Shown here piece after piece: positions 42,151 through 50,527 of a stretch of DNA of 60,735 bases. Numbering within the stretch: the first letter of the stretch is position 1; the number at the start of each line of letters is the position of its first letter. Below the pieces are notes generated by a model. The model searched no databases and was not told where the DNA came from. It was given only the letters and a program-made list of their open reading frames with translations. Origin of the DNA: Burkholderiaceae bacterium (GTDB lineage: Bacteria > Pseudomonadota > Gammaproteobacteria > Burkholderiales > Burkholderiaceae_E); assembly GCA_044360485.1 (NCBI GenBank), contig JBIKKG010000001.1:1-60735 (forward strand). The letters run 5' to 3'. The position numbers and the translations under genes were made by a program.

Positions 42151-45100
42151 AGGCCTGCACGAGGACACCGTGACCCGATCCCCGCGCCCAACCCCATTGC
42201 GGTCAGCGCGATCCAGACGCAAGGCGGTCCGGTATGTGTCGTCGCATTCCGCACTCAGGCATCGTCAGCACGGTGTCGTCGCGCGATGGCTGTTGTGGGG
42301 ACTGGCGGCGCTGATCGCGCTGGCGGCCGCGCTGCTGGCCGCCCTCACCTGGGGTCCCAATCTGATGCGCGAACAGATCGCTGCGCGCACCAGCCTCATG
42401 CTCGGGCGTACCGTCCATGTGGATCACATCAGCATCTCGCCTTTCGCTGGTCATGCTGTTTTCAGCAATCTGGTCATCGATAGCCTGGAGCCTGGCAAGC
42501 CCATGCTCACAGCCAAACGCGTCGATCTGAAGGTCGATTCACTGGCTTTTCTGCACGGCGTGGTGGTGGTGCGCAGTATCGACATGGCTGAACCGCGTGC
42601 GCGTATCGTGCGGACGAGCTCTGGCGCGCTCGATTTGTCGGATGTCATCGCGCAGTTCACCAACCGGCCGGCCTCATTGCGGCGTACCGATTGGCGAGTG
42701 GATCGCGTGGCCCTGCATGACGGCGCGTTTGCATTCGATGACCAGGTGGTCAAGAAGGTCACGCGCATCGATGGCTTGCAATTTTCGCTCGAAGGGCTGA
42801 CCAACCTCGAAGCCAAGATCGATCAGCCAGCGACCCTCAAGGCGCGCTTCACGCTTGACGATCGGCCCGCTGCACTCGATGCACGTGCAACCCTCTTCAG
42901 CGAGGCACCTGCCTATGATGCCAAGGCTAGCCTGGATGCGCTGCCCCTTGCCAGCGTGCTGCCCTATGTCGCGCTGCCTGCCGACATACGTCCCACGGGC
43001 GGTGCGATTGACCTGGATCTGATCAGTCGCTATCTCACTCGGCCAGAGCGGCCCGAGCAAGCACTGCGCCTTGAGGGACGTGCCAGTCTGAAAAACCTCG
43101 GTGTCGCCGATGCGCAGGGTGCACCGCGCCTTTCTTTGCGCAATCTGAGTTCCGACATCGGCCCCTCTTTTCCATTGGGCGGCGAGATCAGGATCGCCGC
43201 GCTTGCGCTGGCAGGGTTGAACTTTTCAGGAGGGCGGACGGCAGACGGTTCCATGACCTGGCCCAAGGCTGGGGCATCCTCATCAGCGCCCGCCCCTGCG
43301 CGGCCAACATCGCCGGCTCAAGCCGCAGCAGCGCCCAACAGTTCCAGCCCCTCGTTGAGCGGGCCGCGATCCCTGCGTATCGAGCGTGTCACAGTGGAGG
43401 ACGCAGCGATTCAATGGGCCGATGCAGCGCTACCGGGTGGTCTTGAAGCGAAGGCTGATCCGGTCACGCTGACCGGTGGGCCGATCCTGATCCCCGACCT
43501 GTCCCAACCGTCTCGCTTGAACGGGACGGCGCAGCTGCAAACCTCCATCAATGGCGAAACCCCTCTGGGCATCGCACTTGAACTCAATGGCACGCAGGGC
43601 CAGGCACGCGTCGATCTCAAGCGTGTGCCTCTGGCACGTTATGCGCCGCTCGCTGGCCCGGCGCTGAAAGCAAAAGTCGAGCGAGGTTTCATCGAGGCGC
43701 AGGGCCTCGTGCGCTGGAACACCGAGTCAGGCGCCTGGTCGGTGGACGACACCCAGGCCTCGCTCACCGATTTGCGCATCACCCACCCCCGCACGCAGCC
43801 CCTGAGTACAACAGGTCTGAAGCTGTCGGCGATCAAGGTCGATGGTGCAGCACATCGCATCGAGATCGGTCAGGCGCGCCTGGAGCGCACGAATCTCAGC
43901 GCCTTTCGCGATGCGGGCGGGCTCATCGATCTGCAGCAGTGGTACGACTCCGGGCCGTCGCGAAAGGCGGCGGTGCGCCCTGGCGTCACGCCACCCGCCG
44001 ATCCTGCATGGAGTCTGCTGGTGCGGCAGGCAGAGGTGGACCGCCTGGAATTGGATTATCGCGATGCCCTGATTGCCAAAGGCAATCGCCTGCCGCGGGT
44101 CACCTTCAGCGGCAAAGCCCGCGATCTGACGCTCGATCCCAAGCGCACGGCGCCCTTTGAGGCGACCGTATCGCTTGCAGACGGTTCGCGCTTGAGTGCG
44201 GCTGGGACGGTGCGACCGCAGCCACTGAATCTGAATGCGCAGCTTCGCTTACAGCAAATCGATCTCACGTACCTTGACCCTTACATTGAGCCTTACCTGA
44301 ACCTCGCGCTGGTACGTGGGCAGTTGTGGGGCGGTGGCCGATTGAACCTGGAGTCGCTACCCAATGGCTCCTTGAGCCGCATCGGGTTTGCTGGTGAAGT
44401 GTCTGCAAACAACGTTGCCGCCGAAGATAAATTGACGCGCGAGGACTTTGCGCGATGGAGCGCACTGGCGGCTCCATCGGTCAATGTGGACTGGCGACCA
44501 GGCCGGCCGGTGCAAAGTTCAATTGCCATCGGTGACGTGGCGTTCGTGGACTTTTACGCACGGGTGATCCTTTCGCAGGAAGGTCGCCTGAACCTGAGCA
44601 ACATCCTGGCCGACCCCAGTCGGGGGCAAGTACCGCAGTCGCTCACCGACTCAAGCGGAGCACGCACAAGCCCGCCACCAAGCGCTGCAGCCCCCACCAA
44701 CACAGAGCCGACTGTCCCTTCAATCGGATCCGGGCAACGCAGCGCCACAGTGAATCCACGCGCCGATACAAAGCCCGCAGAGCGACCGCGTGTGAGCATC
44801 GGCACCATTCGGATCGCCAGCGGCAACGTGGTCTTTACCGATCTGTTCATTCGCCCGAACTACACCGCGAACCTCACCCAGTTGTCGGGCTCCATTGATG
44901 CGCTGGCCAGCGATCGCACCGAACCCTCGGATGTGCTGATCAGTGGCCGGGTGGACGATGACACGCCGCTCGACATCACGGGCAAGATCAACCCGCTTGC
45001 GCCTCGGAATTACATCGACCTGCGCGCCGTCGCCCGCGGATTCGATTTGCCCAAACTGAGCCCCTATTCCGGTCGCTGGGCTGGTTACGCGATCGAAAAA

Positions 45101-45991
45101 GGAAAGCTCACGGCCAACGTGCGCTACAAGGTCGAGGGCGACAAACTCGATGCGGAAAACAAGCTCGTCATCAATCAGCTCACCTTCGGCGAAAAGGTCG
45201 AGAGCCGCGATGCATTGAAGCTGCCCGTTCAACTGGCCGTGTCACTGCTCAAGGATGCGAACGGCAACATTGATCTGGATCTGCCGATTTCGGGCACCTT
45301 GTCCGACCCGCAGTTCTCGGTCGGCGGACTCATCTGGCGTGCCATCGGCAATCTCATCGTGAAAGTGGTGACCTCCCCGTTCAGATTCCTGGCCTCACTG
45401 GGCAACGACGGCGGCACCGGCACAGATCTGAGTCAGATCGAGTTCAGTGCGGGCGATGCGCGTATTGATGATGAAGACCGTCGGCGCCTGGATGGATTGG
45501 CCACAGCGCTTGAAGCGCGCCCCGCATTGTCGTTGGACATCATTGGCTATGCCGATCCGAAGAGCGACGCGCAGGCGCTGCAGCAGGCACGCCTCGAACG
45601 TGCGCTGCAAGGCACCAAGCTTGGCGATATTCGGCGTACAAACAAGGCGACCGAATTGACGCTCGAGACCATCACGATTGACGCTACCGAGCGGGCGGCG
45701 CTCATCGAACGGCTGTGGCGTGCAGCCAAGCTCGACGGATCGGCACAGGGTAAGGCCGTGAGCCCGCAGGACATGGAGCAACAGCTCCTCGAGCGCAATG
45801 AGGTCGCTACCGAGGACATGCGCCAGCTCGCCCAACGCCGCGCCGAAACCGTGCGCAATTACCTGCGTGAGGAACGCAAAGTTCCGACTGAACGCTTGTA
45901 TGTGCTGGCGCCGCGGGTGAGCGCCGACAGCGCAAAGCAGGACACCGAGACTGCGAGCGTTGTGCGCAAGGTGACCTTCGAAGTGAAGTAA
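42143..45991 (+). CDS. Very large membrane-anchored DUF748/AsmA-like protein
   Basis: 1282-aa protein with a single N-terminal TM (WLLWGLAALIALAAALLAAL). Long beta-rich repeats follow, interrupted by Ser/Pro/Ala-rich linkers. My memory of DUF748-type architecture is the only family evidence. The ATG overlaps the gph stop by 8 nt. Confidence 0.7.
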   Translation: MLEGLHEDTVTRSPRPTPLRSARSRRKAVRYVSSHSALRHRQHGVVARWLLWGLAALIALAAALLAALTWGPNLMREQIAARTSLMLGRTVHVDHISISPFAGHAVFSNLVIDSLEPGKPMLTAKRVDLKVDSLAFLHGVVVVRSIDMAEPRARIVRTSSGALDLSDVIAQFTNRPASLRRTDWRVDRVALHDGAFAFDDQVVKKVTRIDGLQFSLEGLTNLEAKIDQPATLKARFTLDDRPAALDARATLFSEAPAYDAKASLDALPLASVLPYVALPADIRPTGGAIDLDLISRYLTRPERPEQALRLEGRASLKNLGVADAQGAPRLSLRNLSSDIGPSFPLGGEIRIAALALAGLNFSGGRTADGSMTWPKAGASSSAPAPARPTSPAQAAAAPNSSSPSLSGPRSLRIERVTVEDAAIQWADAALPGGLEAKADPVTLTGGPILIPDLSQPSRLNGTAQLQTSINGETPLGIALELNGTQGQARVDLKRVPLARYAPLAGPALKAKVERGFIEAQGLVRWNTESGAWSVDDTQASLTDLRITHPRTQPLSTTGLKLSAIKVDGAAHRIEIGQARLERTNLSAFRDAGGLIDLQQWYDSGPSRKAAVRPGVTPPADPAWSLLVRQAEVDRLELDYRDALIAKGNRLPRVTFSGKARDLTLDPKRTAPFEATVSLADGSRLSAAGTVRPQPLNLNAQLRLQQIDLTYLDPYIEPYLNLALVRGQLWGGGRLNLESLPNGSLSRIGFAGEVSANNVAAEDKLTREDFARWSALAAPSVNVDWRPGRPVQSSIAIGDVAFVDFYARVILSQEGRLNLSNILADPSRGQVPQSLTDSSGARTSPPPSAAAPTNTEPTVPSIGSGQRSATVNPRADTKPAERPRVSIGTIRIASGNVVFTDLFIRPNYTANLTQLSGSIDALASDRTEPSDVLISGRVDDDTPLDITGKINPLAPRNYIDLRAVARGFDLPKLSPYSGRWAGYAIEKGKLTANVRYKVEGDKLDAENKLVINQLTFGEKVESRDALKLPVQLAVSLLKDANGNIDLDLPISGTLSDPQFSVGGLIWRAIGNLIVKVVTSPFRFLASLGNDGGTGTDLSQIEFSAGDARIDDEDRRRLDGLATALEARPALSLDIIGYADPKSDAQALQQARLERALQGTKLGDIRRTNKATELTLETITIDATERAALIERLWRAAKLDGSAQGKAVSPQDMEQQLLERNEVATEDMRQLAQRRAETVRNYLREERKVPTERLYVLAPRVSADSAKQDTETASVVRKVTFEVK

Positions 45992-46074
45992 CGCGGCGCT
46001 GCGTAAACAGTGAGGCTTGGCCTGCGCGACCTCAACCGGCCCGTTTAGCCTGGCTCGGTCCGTGAAGAAAAGCC

Positions 46075-46102
46075 GCTTGAATTTCCCGCCCTCCGATACA
46101 AT
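46075..46102 (+). promoter_or_regulatory. Candidate ssrA promoter
   Basis: GCTTGA-16 nt-TACAAT, ending 14 nt before the mature tmRNA 5' end. Sequence pattern only. Confidence 0.4.
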
Positions 46103-46116
46103 GTGCATTCAAGACC

Positions 46117-46484
46117 GGGGCCGACCTGGTTTCGACGTGGGTAGTGAAGCGTTTCAGTGCATGCCGAGGACTCTAGTGCCCTCGTAAATCCTTCTAGAAA
46201 ACTTCAAACGCCAACGACGAGCGTTTCGCTCTGGCCGCTTAAGGCCTAAGCCGCTGCACCGGGTTGCCGATGGCCCGGGTCCCGCAAGGGACTGCAGTGT
46301 CATTCACATCGGATCGTGCCTCGGTGGGCCGCTTATCGAGGAGCTAAAAAATAGGTGGCTGGTCGTTTCCTGAGCCTGCCGATCGGCATAGGCGACGACG
46401 AGAAAACTAAAGATCTGGCTAAGCATGTAGAGCGGTTACGTAGAAGACTTGCGGACGCGGGTTCGATTCCCGCCGGCTCCACCA
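46117..46484 (+). ncRNA. ssrA: tmRNA (SsrA), one-piece
   Basis: The 5' end is GGGGCCGACCTGGTTTCGACG. The tag reading frame at 46210-46242 is GCC AAC GAC GAG CGT TTC GCT CTG GCC GCT TAA, encoding ANDERFALAA*. The 3' tRNA-like end is GCGGGTTCGATTCCCGCCGGCTCCACCA. Confidence 0.95.
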
Positions 46485-46530
46485 TCAAACGCAAAGGGCT
46501 GCCCCGAAAGGGGTGGCCCTTTGCGTTTGA
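46485..46530 (+). terminator. Long hairpin immediately after ssrA (terminator-like)
   Basis: The arms TCAAACGCAAAGGGC (46485-46499) and GCCCTTTGCGTTTGA (46516-46530) enclose an inner CCCC-GAAA-GGGG hairpin. There is no clean trailing U-run beyond the T-rich 3' arm. Confidence 0.55.
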
Positions 46531-46663
46531 TCATGCGCCCAGCGAGAGAATCGAACCCGCGGGACGCGGGGCTCGAGCGGGGTTTCGGCGAGCACTGCTC
46601 GCCGCCGCGAGGGCGCGCCGGGCCTGCAGGCCCGTCGCCGGGAGATTCCTGCCGGCTCCACCA
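46531..46663 (+). repeat. Copy A of the structured GC-rich element plus a degenerate ssrA 3'-end repeat
   Basis: The core at 46548-46630 is about 96% identical to 48097-48178 (3 differences, counted by hand). It contains hairpins CCCGCG-GGA-CGCGGG, GGCGAGC-ACT-GCTCGCC and GGGCC-TGCA-GGCCC. It ends in GATTCCTGCCGGCTCCACCA. Confidence 0.75.
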
Positions 46664-46808
46664 TAAAAGCGAGATCCTGAGGTCGGACTATCTGAATGGC
46701 TCCGGCTAGTGACGATAAGCGGCCAGAACCAGTCATTCAGAAACGTCCGGTATCGGGTGGGCTGGCTGGCGGATCAGTGCTACAGGCGCTCGAGCAACCC
46801 GTGACGGG

Positions 46809-46847
46809 TTTACAATAGCGTTGAAAGTATCTACTATGTAGATACTT
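46809..46847 (+). promoter_or_regulatory. vapBC promoter with overlapping palindromic operator
   Basis: TTTACA (46809-46814)-17 nt-TACTAT (46832-46837). A perfect 10-bp inverted repeat, AAGTATCTAC-TAT-GTAGATACTT, lies at 46825-47. GGAGG sits upstream of the ATG at 46863. Confidence 0.5.
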
Positions 46848-46862
46848 AGTCTTGGAGGCACG

Positions 46863-47147
46863 ATGATGACCAAGCTAGCCCGGATTTTCTCGCACGGTGG
46901 CAGCCAAGCTGTGCGCCTGCCCGCCGAGTTCCGATTCACCGACATCGACGCCGTCTACGTGCGGCGCAACCTTGCTGGTGACGTGGTCCTTTCGCGACAT
47001 GCGCCGCAGCCGTACTCCACTTTCATGGCCACGCGCAACTCGCTCGGGGCACTTCCCGACACCTTTTTGTCGCCCAACGAGCGCGACCAGCGGACTGAAG
47101 ACCGCGACCCATTCACCGATTTCGGCGATGGTCGTCCGGAGCGCTGA
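46863..47147 (+). CDS. vapB: VapB-type antitoxin (AbrB/SpoVT-like DNA-binding fold)
   Basis: 94-aa protein. MMTKLARIFSHGGSQAVRLPAEFRFTDIDAVYVRRNLAGDVVLS matches the canonical VapB/MazE-fold N-terminus. The stop overlaps the vapC start (ATGA-type junction at 47147). Confidence 0.85.
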   Translation: MMTKLARIFSHGGSQAVRLPAEFRFTDIDAVYVRRNLAGDVVLSRHAPQPYSTFMATRNSLGALPDTFLSPNERDQRTEDRDPFTDFGDGRPER

Positions 47148-47560
47148 TGGCTTTGTACATGCTCGACACCAACGCTGTCAGCGCAGTCATGCGTGGCAAT
47201 CCGCTGATGGACGAGAGGCTCCTCCAACTAGACCAGGCAGATTGGTGCATATCGGCCGTAACGTATTCCGAGATCTGCTACGGGCTTTCATTGCGTCCCG
47301 AAGCGACAAATCTCATCCGCGCTGCAGATGCCTTTCTGGCGGTGGCGACCACCCTCGCCTGGGATGCAACTGCTGCCGCAGCACATGGCCGTCTGCGGGC
47401 GCAACTGCGCCAAGCTGGAACGCCAATTGGTGACTTTGACGAAATGATTGCTGCCCATGCAATGTCGGTCGGCGCGGTGCTGGTAACGAGCAACGAACGC
47501 CATTTCAGGCGAATTTCAGGATTGGCCGTCGAGAATTGGATCCGCGACTCAACCAGTTGA
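47147..47560 (+). CDS. vapC: VapC PIN-domain toxin (tRNA/rRNA endonuclease family)
   Basis: 137-aa protein. It begins YMLDTNAVSAV (first acidic PIN residue), then ISAVTYSEICYG, FDEMIAAHA and VLVTSNERHF, which are the remaining conserved acidic positions. Confidence 0.9.
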   Translation: MALYMLDTNAVSAVMRGNPLMDERLLQLDQADWCISAVTYSEICYGLSLRPEATNLIRAADAFLAVATTLAWDATAAAAHGRLRAQLRQAGTPIGDFDEMIAAHAMSVGAVLVTSNERHFRRISGLAVENWIRDSTS

Positions 47561-47643
47561 GCCAATCTGATACCACGTCCTTGGAGCGATCAGATGCCGC
47601 CCGTGAGGCTGTTATCGGCCAGAAGCGCTCGTTGGTGACCTGC

Positions 47644-48033
47644 TCAGAAGTTTCGATACCAGCCCGCCTTGGATGACCGGTTGACGGCGGACAACTTGAG
47701 CTCAGCTTTGGCTCGTCCCGGCCAAATGCTGTGACACGGTCGCCCGGAAACTCGTTTGTCAATGACTGGTTTCAAAGTGCAGCCGCCCTCGACCCACGGG
47801 CGCTCAAACGCGTGGACCAGCCTCTCGACTTGAAAGGTGCCTGCGACTGCAATGGGTCGGGATGAGCCCTTCCGCTCAAGGTTCAGCTGGATCGGAAAGG
47901 TGCGGAGATTGGCGGCCAGCGATGAGACCAGCGCAGGCGTAAGCAGCGTTCCGAAACCTTTCGCAAGGGCACTGCAGGTGTCAGCGTGGCCTGAACAGAG
48001 TGCGATTGATCCCGGGTGCGCACCCACCACCAT
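47644..48033 (-). other. Orphan 129-codon ORF of unknown function (possibly a gene fragment)
   Basis: Internal Met57 of track ORF 47644..48201. Third-position GC is moderately elevated by eye. The sequence (…RPIAVAGTFQVERLVHAFERPWVEGGCTLKPVIDKRV…) matches no family I recognise. The putative start lies inside the ssrA-like repeat. Confidence 0.2.
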
Positions 48034-48200
48034 CAAACGGAAACGCCTGCCCTGAAAGGGGCGGGCGTTTTTGTTTGATGGATGAATCTCGCGCGCGAAT
48101 CGAACCCGCGGGACGCGGGGCTCAAGCGGGTTTCGGCGAGCACTGCTCGCCGCCGCGAGGGCGCGCCGGGCCTGCAAGCTCGGCGATGCCGGCTCCAACA
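48027..48200 (+). repeat. Copy B: ssrA-3'-end fragment, terminator-like hairpin, structured element and a degenerate ssrA 3'-end repeat
   Basis: CCACCATCAAACG is followed by a hairpin with arms TCAAACGGAAACGCC (48033-47) and GGCGTTTTTGTTTGA (48064-78). The core lies at 48097-48178 and TGCCGGCTCCAACA at 48187-48200. The order is colinear with 46479-46663. Confidence 0.75.
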
Positions 48201-48207
48201 AAACCGG

Positions 48208-48834
48208 CTACTTGCGGCAGTCGGTCATGCAGCGGGCCACGCGCAGATCCGGCTCGTTGTCCCACGCGACGAAGCCGCCGCGGTTAGGCATTTTCACCTG
48301 CATCAGCGTCAGCGCGTCCAGCGACCCGTCCGCGCCGACGATGCCGTTCAGGTTCAGTAGGAAAGCGGTCAGCGCGTAGACCTCACCGGGCTCGAGGCTT
48401 TGCGGCCGGTCCCAAGGCATCGCGCGGTTGATGTAGTCGTACAGCGTGGTGGCGTGCGGCCAGAAGCTGCCGATGGTCAGGCTGGGCGCCTTCCCGGAGA
48501 GCGATCCGTGGCCACCCACCAGCGGCGCCGGCATCAGGCCACCCTGCCCCTTATCGCCGTGGCAGGCCGCGCACCGCTGCGCGAACAGAGACACGCCCTG
48601 AGCGACCGTGCCCGAGCCGGCGGGCAGGTTGCGCCCGTCCGGACCGATATCGATATTCCAGCCGCGCAGCTCGGCGTCGGTAGGCGCGCGGCCGATCGCA
48701 TAGCGGCCGACCGCGGACGCATCGGGCGGCGGGGGCGCGGACGAGCCGGTGGCGCAGGCGACCAGCACCGCGCAGACCGACAGCGGCGCGGCGAATGCAC
48801 GCAGACGACGGGGGCGGCATTCAGGCGAAGACAT
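48208..48834 (-). CDS. sorB: Sulfite dehydrogenase cytochrome c subunit (SorB-like)
   Basis: 208-aa protein with a signal/lipobox-like N-terminus (LSVCAVLVACATGS) and a single heme motif CAACHGDKGQGG. It overlaps the sorA stop by 14 nt. Confidence 0.78.
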   Translation of the reverse strand: MSSPECRPRRLRAFAAPLSVCAVLVACATGSSAPPPPDASAVGRYAIGRAPTDAELRGWNIDIGPDGRNLPAGSGTVAQGVSLFAQRCAACHGDKGQGGLMPAPLVGGHGSLSGKAPSLTIGSFWPHATTLYDYINRAMPWDRPQSLEPGEVYALTAFLLNLNGIVGADGSLDALTLMQVKMPNRGGFVAWDNEPDLRVARCMTDCRK

Positions 48835-50110
48835 GGGTCACCTCCCCGCTCGCAGCGACGCTCCAGCTCTGGATGCCGTTGTAGTGGTAGACCGAGTTCA
48901 GGCCGCGCGCCGCGATCAGCTGGTCGCGTGTGGGTTGAACGTAGCCGGTTTCGTCCCTTGCGCGGCTCTGCAGGATCGCTGGCGAGCCGTCCCAGGTCCA
49001 GGGAAGCCGGAATCGCGTGATCATCTTCGATTGCACCGGTTCCTGGAGCACTGCCTCGCGCCAGTTGCGCCCACCGTCTACCGACACGTCGACGCCTGCG
49101 ATCCGTCCGCGTCCGGTCCAGGCGATGCCCGAGATCTCGCGAAAGCCGCGCGGCCCCATCTGCTGGCCGCCCGAGGGCGACAGAATGACCGACTTCGCGT
49201 CCATCACGAAGGTGAACTGACGCGCGCTGCCGTCGGGCATCAAGTCGGTGTACTTGGATGTCTCCTCGCGCGTCTGGAAGGGCTCGATGCCGACCTTGAT
49301 CCGGCGCAGCCACTTAATGCTCATGTTGCCTTCGATGCCAGGCAGGAACAGGCGCAAAGGGTAGCCCTGCTCGGCCCGCAGCATCTCACCGTTCTGCGAC
49401 CACACCACCATCGCATCGCGCAGCGCGATGTCCATTGGAATACTGCGCGTCATCGCGGCGGCGTCTGCGCCCTCGGCGAGCAGCCACTTCGCTTCGGGCT
49501 GCAGGCCCACTTCGCCCAGCAGCGTCGACAACATCACGCCGGTCCACTCGGCGCCGGCGATCAGGCCGTGCACGTCCTGCGCCGTCCTGCCGATCGGGGC
49601 TTTCCACTGCGAAGCGCTGTTGCCCGAGCATTCGAGGAAGTGCACCCGCGAAACCGCCGGAAAGCGCATCAGCTCATCCATCGTCAGCAGCAGCGGGCGC
49701 GACACCAGGCCGTGGATCATCAGCCGGTGCTGCGCCGGGTCGATCTGCGGCACACCGGCGTGGTGGATTTCGAAGAACAGCCCGTTCGGCGTGATCGTGC
49801 CGTGGAGATTTTGGATCGGCGTGCGCGAAAAGAGGGGAAACGGATTATTCCCGGCTGGCAGTGCGCGGACCACGTGCTGCTCGTGCAGCGAGGGCAGTCC
49901 GTAGGGCGGGTTGAGGAAACCGGTGCCCTGCTCGCGCATCCACTTCGGCACGCGCGGCGGCGGCTCGCCCAGCGCGCTGCGGCTGGTGAAACCGAGCCCC
50001 GCGCCGGCCGCTATCGCAGGCGCAGCCGCAACGCGGCCGAGCAGCGCACGGCGCGCACCGCTCGCGGGCCGCGGTCGTGCTTCGAGATCGTCATCGTCGC
50101 TGTCTGCCAT
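48821..50110 (-). CDS. sorA: Sulfite dehydrogenase molybdopterin subunit (SorA-like, sulfite oxidase family), Tat-exported
   Basis: Met25 of track ORF 48821..50182. The Tat signal is SGARRALLGRVAAAPAIAAGAGLG. The Mo-ligand Cys block is VHFLECSGNSA, and a C-terminal dimerisation domain is present. Confidence 0.85.
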   Translation of the reverse strand: MADSDDDDLEARPRPASGARRALLGRVAAAPAIAAGAGLGFTSRSALGEPPPRVPKWMREQGTGFLNPPYGLPSLHEQHVVRALPAGNNPFPLFSRTPIQNLHGTITPNGLFFEIHHAGVPQIDPAQHRLMIHGLVSRPLLLTMDELMRFPAVSRVHFLECSGNSASQWKAPIGRTAQDVHGLIAGAEWTGVMLSTLLGEVGLQPEAKWLLAEGADAAAMTRSIPMDIALRDAMVVWSQNGEMLRAEQGYPLRLFLPGIEGNMSIKWLRRIKVGIEPFQTREETSKYTDLMPDGSARQFTFVMDAKSVILSPSGGQQMGPRGFREISGIAWTGRGRIAGVDVSVDGGRNWREAVLQEPVQSKMITRFRLPWTWDGSPAILQSRARDETGYVQPTRDQLIAARGLNSVYHYNGIQSWSVAASGEVTHVFA

Positions 50111-50190
50111 GCTTCGGTGCGCGTGCTCGAAAACCAGCCAACCAGCAGCATAGCCGAGTGGGTGCTCGATACCTGCCACCACGCGCGTTG

Positions 50191-50358
50191 AACAGAACTG
50201 CGTTCCTGCTGGCGGCCGGTGGCTTTACGCCCTTGTTCGGCAGGATTTTCGAACTGTTCGGACGCAAACTCGTCTATCTGATTGGCTTCTCTCTGTTCGG
50301 GGTATCGAGCCTGCTGTGCAGCCTGTCGTTCGACGTCACGAGTCTGCTCGCCTTTCGC
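50191..50358 (+). pseudogene. Fragment of an MFS (DHA2/EmrB-like) transporter gene
   Basis: Within track ORF 50077..50439, NRTAFLLAAGGFTPLFGRIFELFGRKLVYLIGFSLFGVSSLLCSLSFDVTSLLAFR corresponds to MFS TM2 - motif A (GRxxDxxGRK) - TM3 only. No N-terminus or remaining TM segments are present in any frame. Confidence 0.5.
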
Positions 50359-50527
50359 CCGAGGCAGGCAGGGCAGGCACACAGCATCGGCGCCTTGATC
50401 GGACTGGTCGTTGCCCGGTTGCTGCGCGAGAAAGACTGAACAGGAGAGGCTTCGTCATCTGTGCGCAGGCGGGCCGTGAACATCCGCAGGCAGGGACAGC
50501 GACCTTGGCCAAGTCCCCGCATGCGCC

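Larger units (their letters stand above)
46485..48200. mobile_element. Decayed ssrA-integrated island remnant (no integrase) carrying vapBC
   Basis: It is bounded and subdivided by copies of the ssrA 3' end. ssrA 46465-46484 is GATTCCCGCCGGCTCCACCA. Position 46644-46663 is GATTCCTGCCGGCTCCACCA (19/20). Position 48027-48039 is CCACCATCAAACG, identical to 46479-46491. Position 48187-48200 is TGCCGGCTCCAACA (13/14). GC content is visibly lower over 46670-48000. Confidence 0.55.

Noticed and set aside
46531-46663. Possible tRNA or tRNA-like gene on the minus strand (GGGTTCGATTC T-loop-like sequence)
   Set aside because: I could not fold a cloverleaf. The T-stem pairs only 3/5 (copy A) or 4/5 (copy B). 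There is no complementary acceptor stem and no canonical anticodon loop (no U33). It is better explained as an inverted fragment of the ssrA T-arm.
46449-46709. 86-aa plus-strand ORF (and the similar 48082..48360 ORF)
   Set aside because: It spans the tmRNA 3' end, the terminator hairpin and the repeat element. The reading frame is not conserved between the two repeat copies (a 1-nt indel), so it is not coding.
48749-50191. 480-aa ORF on the plus strand
   Set aside because: It is antisense to sorA/sorB. It is extremely Arg/His/Gln-rich with no motifs, whereas the minus-strand products have a Tat signal, the Mo-Cys block and a CxxCH heme site.
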